NCBI GenBank assembly: GCA_965655095.1
Contig: OZ296659.1
Span: 61,318,001-61,382,000, forward strand
Reading direction: 5' to 3'
DNA: 64,000 nt
From: Haplodiscus bocki
Taxonomy: Eukaryota
Shown: positions 62,871 to 64,000 of the stretch, in pieces
How the letters are laid out: each line of letters begins with the position of its first letter
Numbering within the stretch: position 1 is the first letter of the stretch
Notes under the pieces: model-generated
Seen by the model: only the letters and a program-made list of their open reading frames with translations
What the model was told of the DNA's origin: nothing
The model's database searches: none
Position numbers and translations under genes: made by a program

Positions 62871-64000
62871 ACTCCAGCAAAAAGCGCACGGAAGAAACAC
62901 AAGCGAGAAATCGAACGGAAAAAGGTCGGTGAAAGCGCGCACAAAAAATCCCCCGAAGAAGGAGCGTACGAATTTGGTTCCTGCGAAGGAACTCACAGGG
63001 GGAGACCCTGCGAAGAAACGCGGGCAGTTTTTTCTAGCGAAAGAGCGCGTAGACAACCCCGTGCAAAAAAGCTCACCGAAGAAGCTCTTTCCGAAAGAGC
63101 GCTTAGAAAAAACCCTGCGTAAAAAAACGCACAGTAAGAAACCTTGCAAGGAGAACGCGGAAAAAGTCCCTGCAATAAAACGTACGGAATAAGCTCTACG
63201 AAAGAGATCACGAAAAATGATTCTGTCAAGGAGCGCTTGGAAAAAAGCCACTGCGAAAGAGCCCACTTAAAAGGCCCCCTAACACAAACGAGCCCATCGG
63301 AAAATCCCAGCGGAAGAGAACACGGGAAAATCCAAAGCGAAAGAACGCCTGGGAAAAACCCCTGCGAGAAAGCGTACGGAAGGAACCCCCATCGGACGAG
63401 AGCAGGAAAAAAGACACCGCGAAAGAGCGGTCGGCTTAAGGTTCTGCTGGGGAGCGATTGGAAAAAGCCCGTGCAAAAAAGCGCACGGAAAAGTGTTATA
63501 GGAGAGGAGCGCACAGGAAAAGCCCTTGCAGAGGAGATCACGGAAAAGTCCCCATGCGAATGGGTGAACGGGAAACAACTCAAGCAAAAAACGCAGGTAA
63601 GATTTCATAGCAAAAAAACGCCCGGGAAAAGCCCCTAAGAAGGAGCGCTCAGATAAAGCCTCTGCAAATAAGCTCTTGGAAAAGCCCCTGCGAAAAAGCG
63701 CACCGAAAAAGTCCTTGCGAAAAACGCACGGAATTTTTCTTAGCCAAATAGCGCGTAGACAACCCACTGCAAAAAACCTCACTGAAGAAGGCCTTCCCGA
63801 AAGAGCGCATGGATAAAGCCTTGCGTAAAAACAGCACGGAAAAGCCTCCGTAAGGGGCACCTGGGAAAGACGCCCACGAAGGTGCACCTGACAAGAGCAA
63901 GCGAAAGAGGACACGGATTGTTCGCAAACGAAAAAACAACTGGGAAAAGCTCCGCGAAAGAGTGCACGAAAAACGTCCGAGAAGCAGCGCTCAGAAAAAC

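Larger units (their letters stand above)
1..64000 (+). repeat. Degenerate 27-bp tandem satellite array (consensus GAAAAAGCCCCTGCGAAAGAGCGCACG), roughly 2,300-2,400 monomers, all in one orientation and running off both window ends
   Basis: The motifs GCACGGAAAAAGCC and CCTGCGAAAGAGC alternate at ~27-nt spacing throughout, e.g. AGCCCCTGCGAAAGAGCGCACGG at 61951-61973. The ORF track repeats the same 9-aa motifs in all six frames. No T-rich (inverted) segment is visible. Copy number is window length divided by 27. Confidence 0.96.

Noticed and set aside
66-63967. Hundreds of ORFs in the six-frame track, up to 460 aa (21365..22747, 46891..48240, 9153..10265)
   Set aside because: All are translations of the stop-free 27-mer. 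They overlap in all frames on both strands, drift between motif frames and show no recognisable domain. The young duplication units are not multiples of 3.
1-64000. A giant repeat-protein gene broken by homopolymer sequencing errors
   Set aside because: Frame-breaking A-tract lengths and stop codons are reproduced between paralogous copies (575, 838 and 1617 offsets give identical or near-identical ORFs), so they are mostly genuine. This cannot be fully excluded without raw reads.
1-64000. Telomeric repeat, tRNA/rRNA genes, promoters or terminators
   Set aside because: There is no short G-rich telomere unit, cloverleaf or conserved rRNA motif. Short palindromes such as GAGCTC, GTGCAC and GCACGTGC are one- or two-step variants of the monomer with no gene context.

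Overview
The whole 64 kb is one uninterrupted, head-to-tail array of a degenerate 27-bp satellite. By eye the consensus is GAAAAAGCCCCTGCGAAAGAGCGCACG. The array is strongly strand-asymmetric: the first 60 nt are about 45% A and 8% T, and the pattern holds throughout. I found no credible protein-coding gene, RNA gene, transposon or CRISPR array. The dense ORF track is a side effect of a 27-nt (9-codon) consensus with no stop codon in any of the six frames, which yields EKAPAKERT, KKPLRKSAR and GKSPCERAH on + and AFSVRSFAG, FFRALFRRG and LFPCALSQG on -. The interesting content is architectural. (i) The monomer is itself a dimer of 13/14-bp half-units. (ii) Common variants look like CpG-deamination products, suggesting a CpG-methylating, probably eukaryotic, host. 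(iii) Two recently homogenised higher-order-repeat (HOR) domains lie at ~13.3-31 kb and ~50.5-58.8 kb. In the first, a ~1-kb block is followed by a variable number of 419-bp units, each built from two modules that share a palindrome-bearing head. The second includes a 575-bp tandem. (iv) There are many older segmental duplications and newborn microsatellites. Block boundaries were read by eye and are approximate (about +/-30 bp) unless an exact motif is quoted. The organism cannot be identified from this window.
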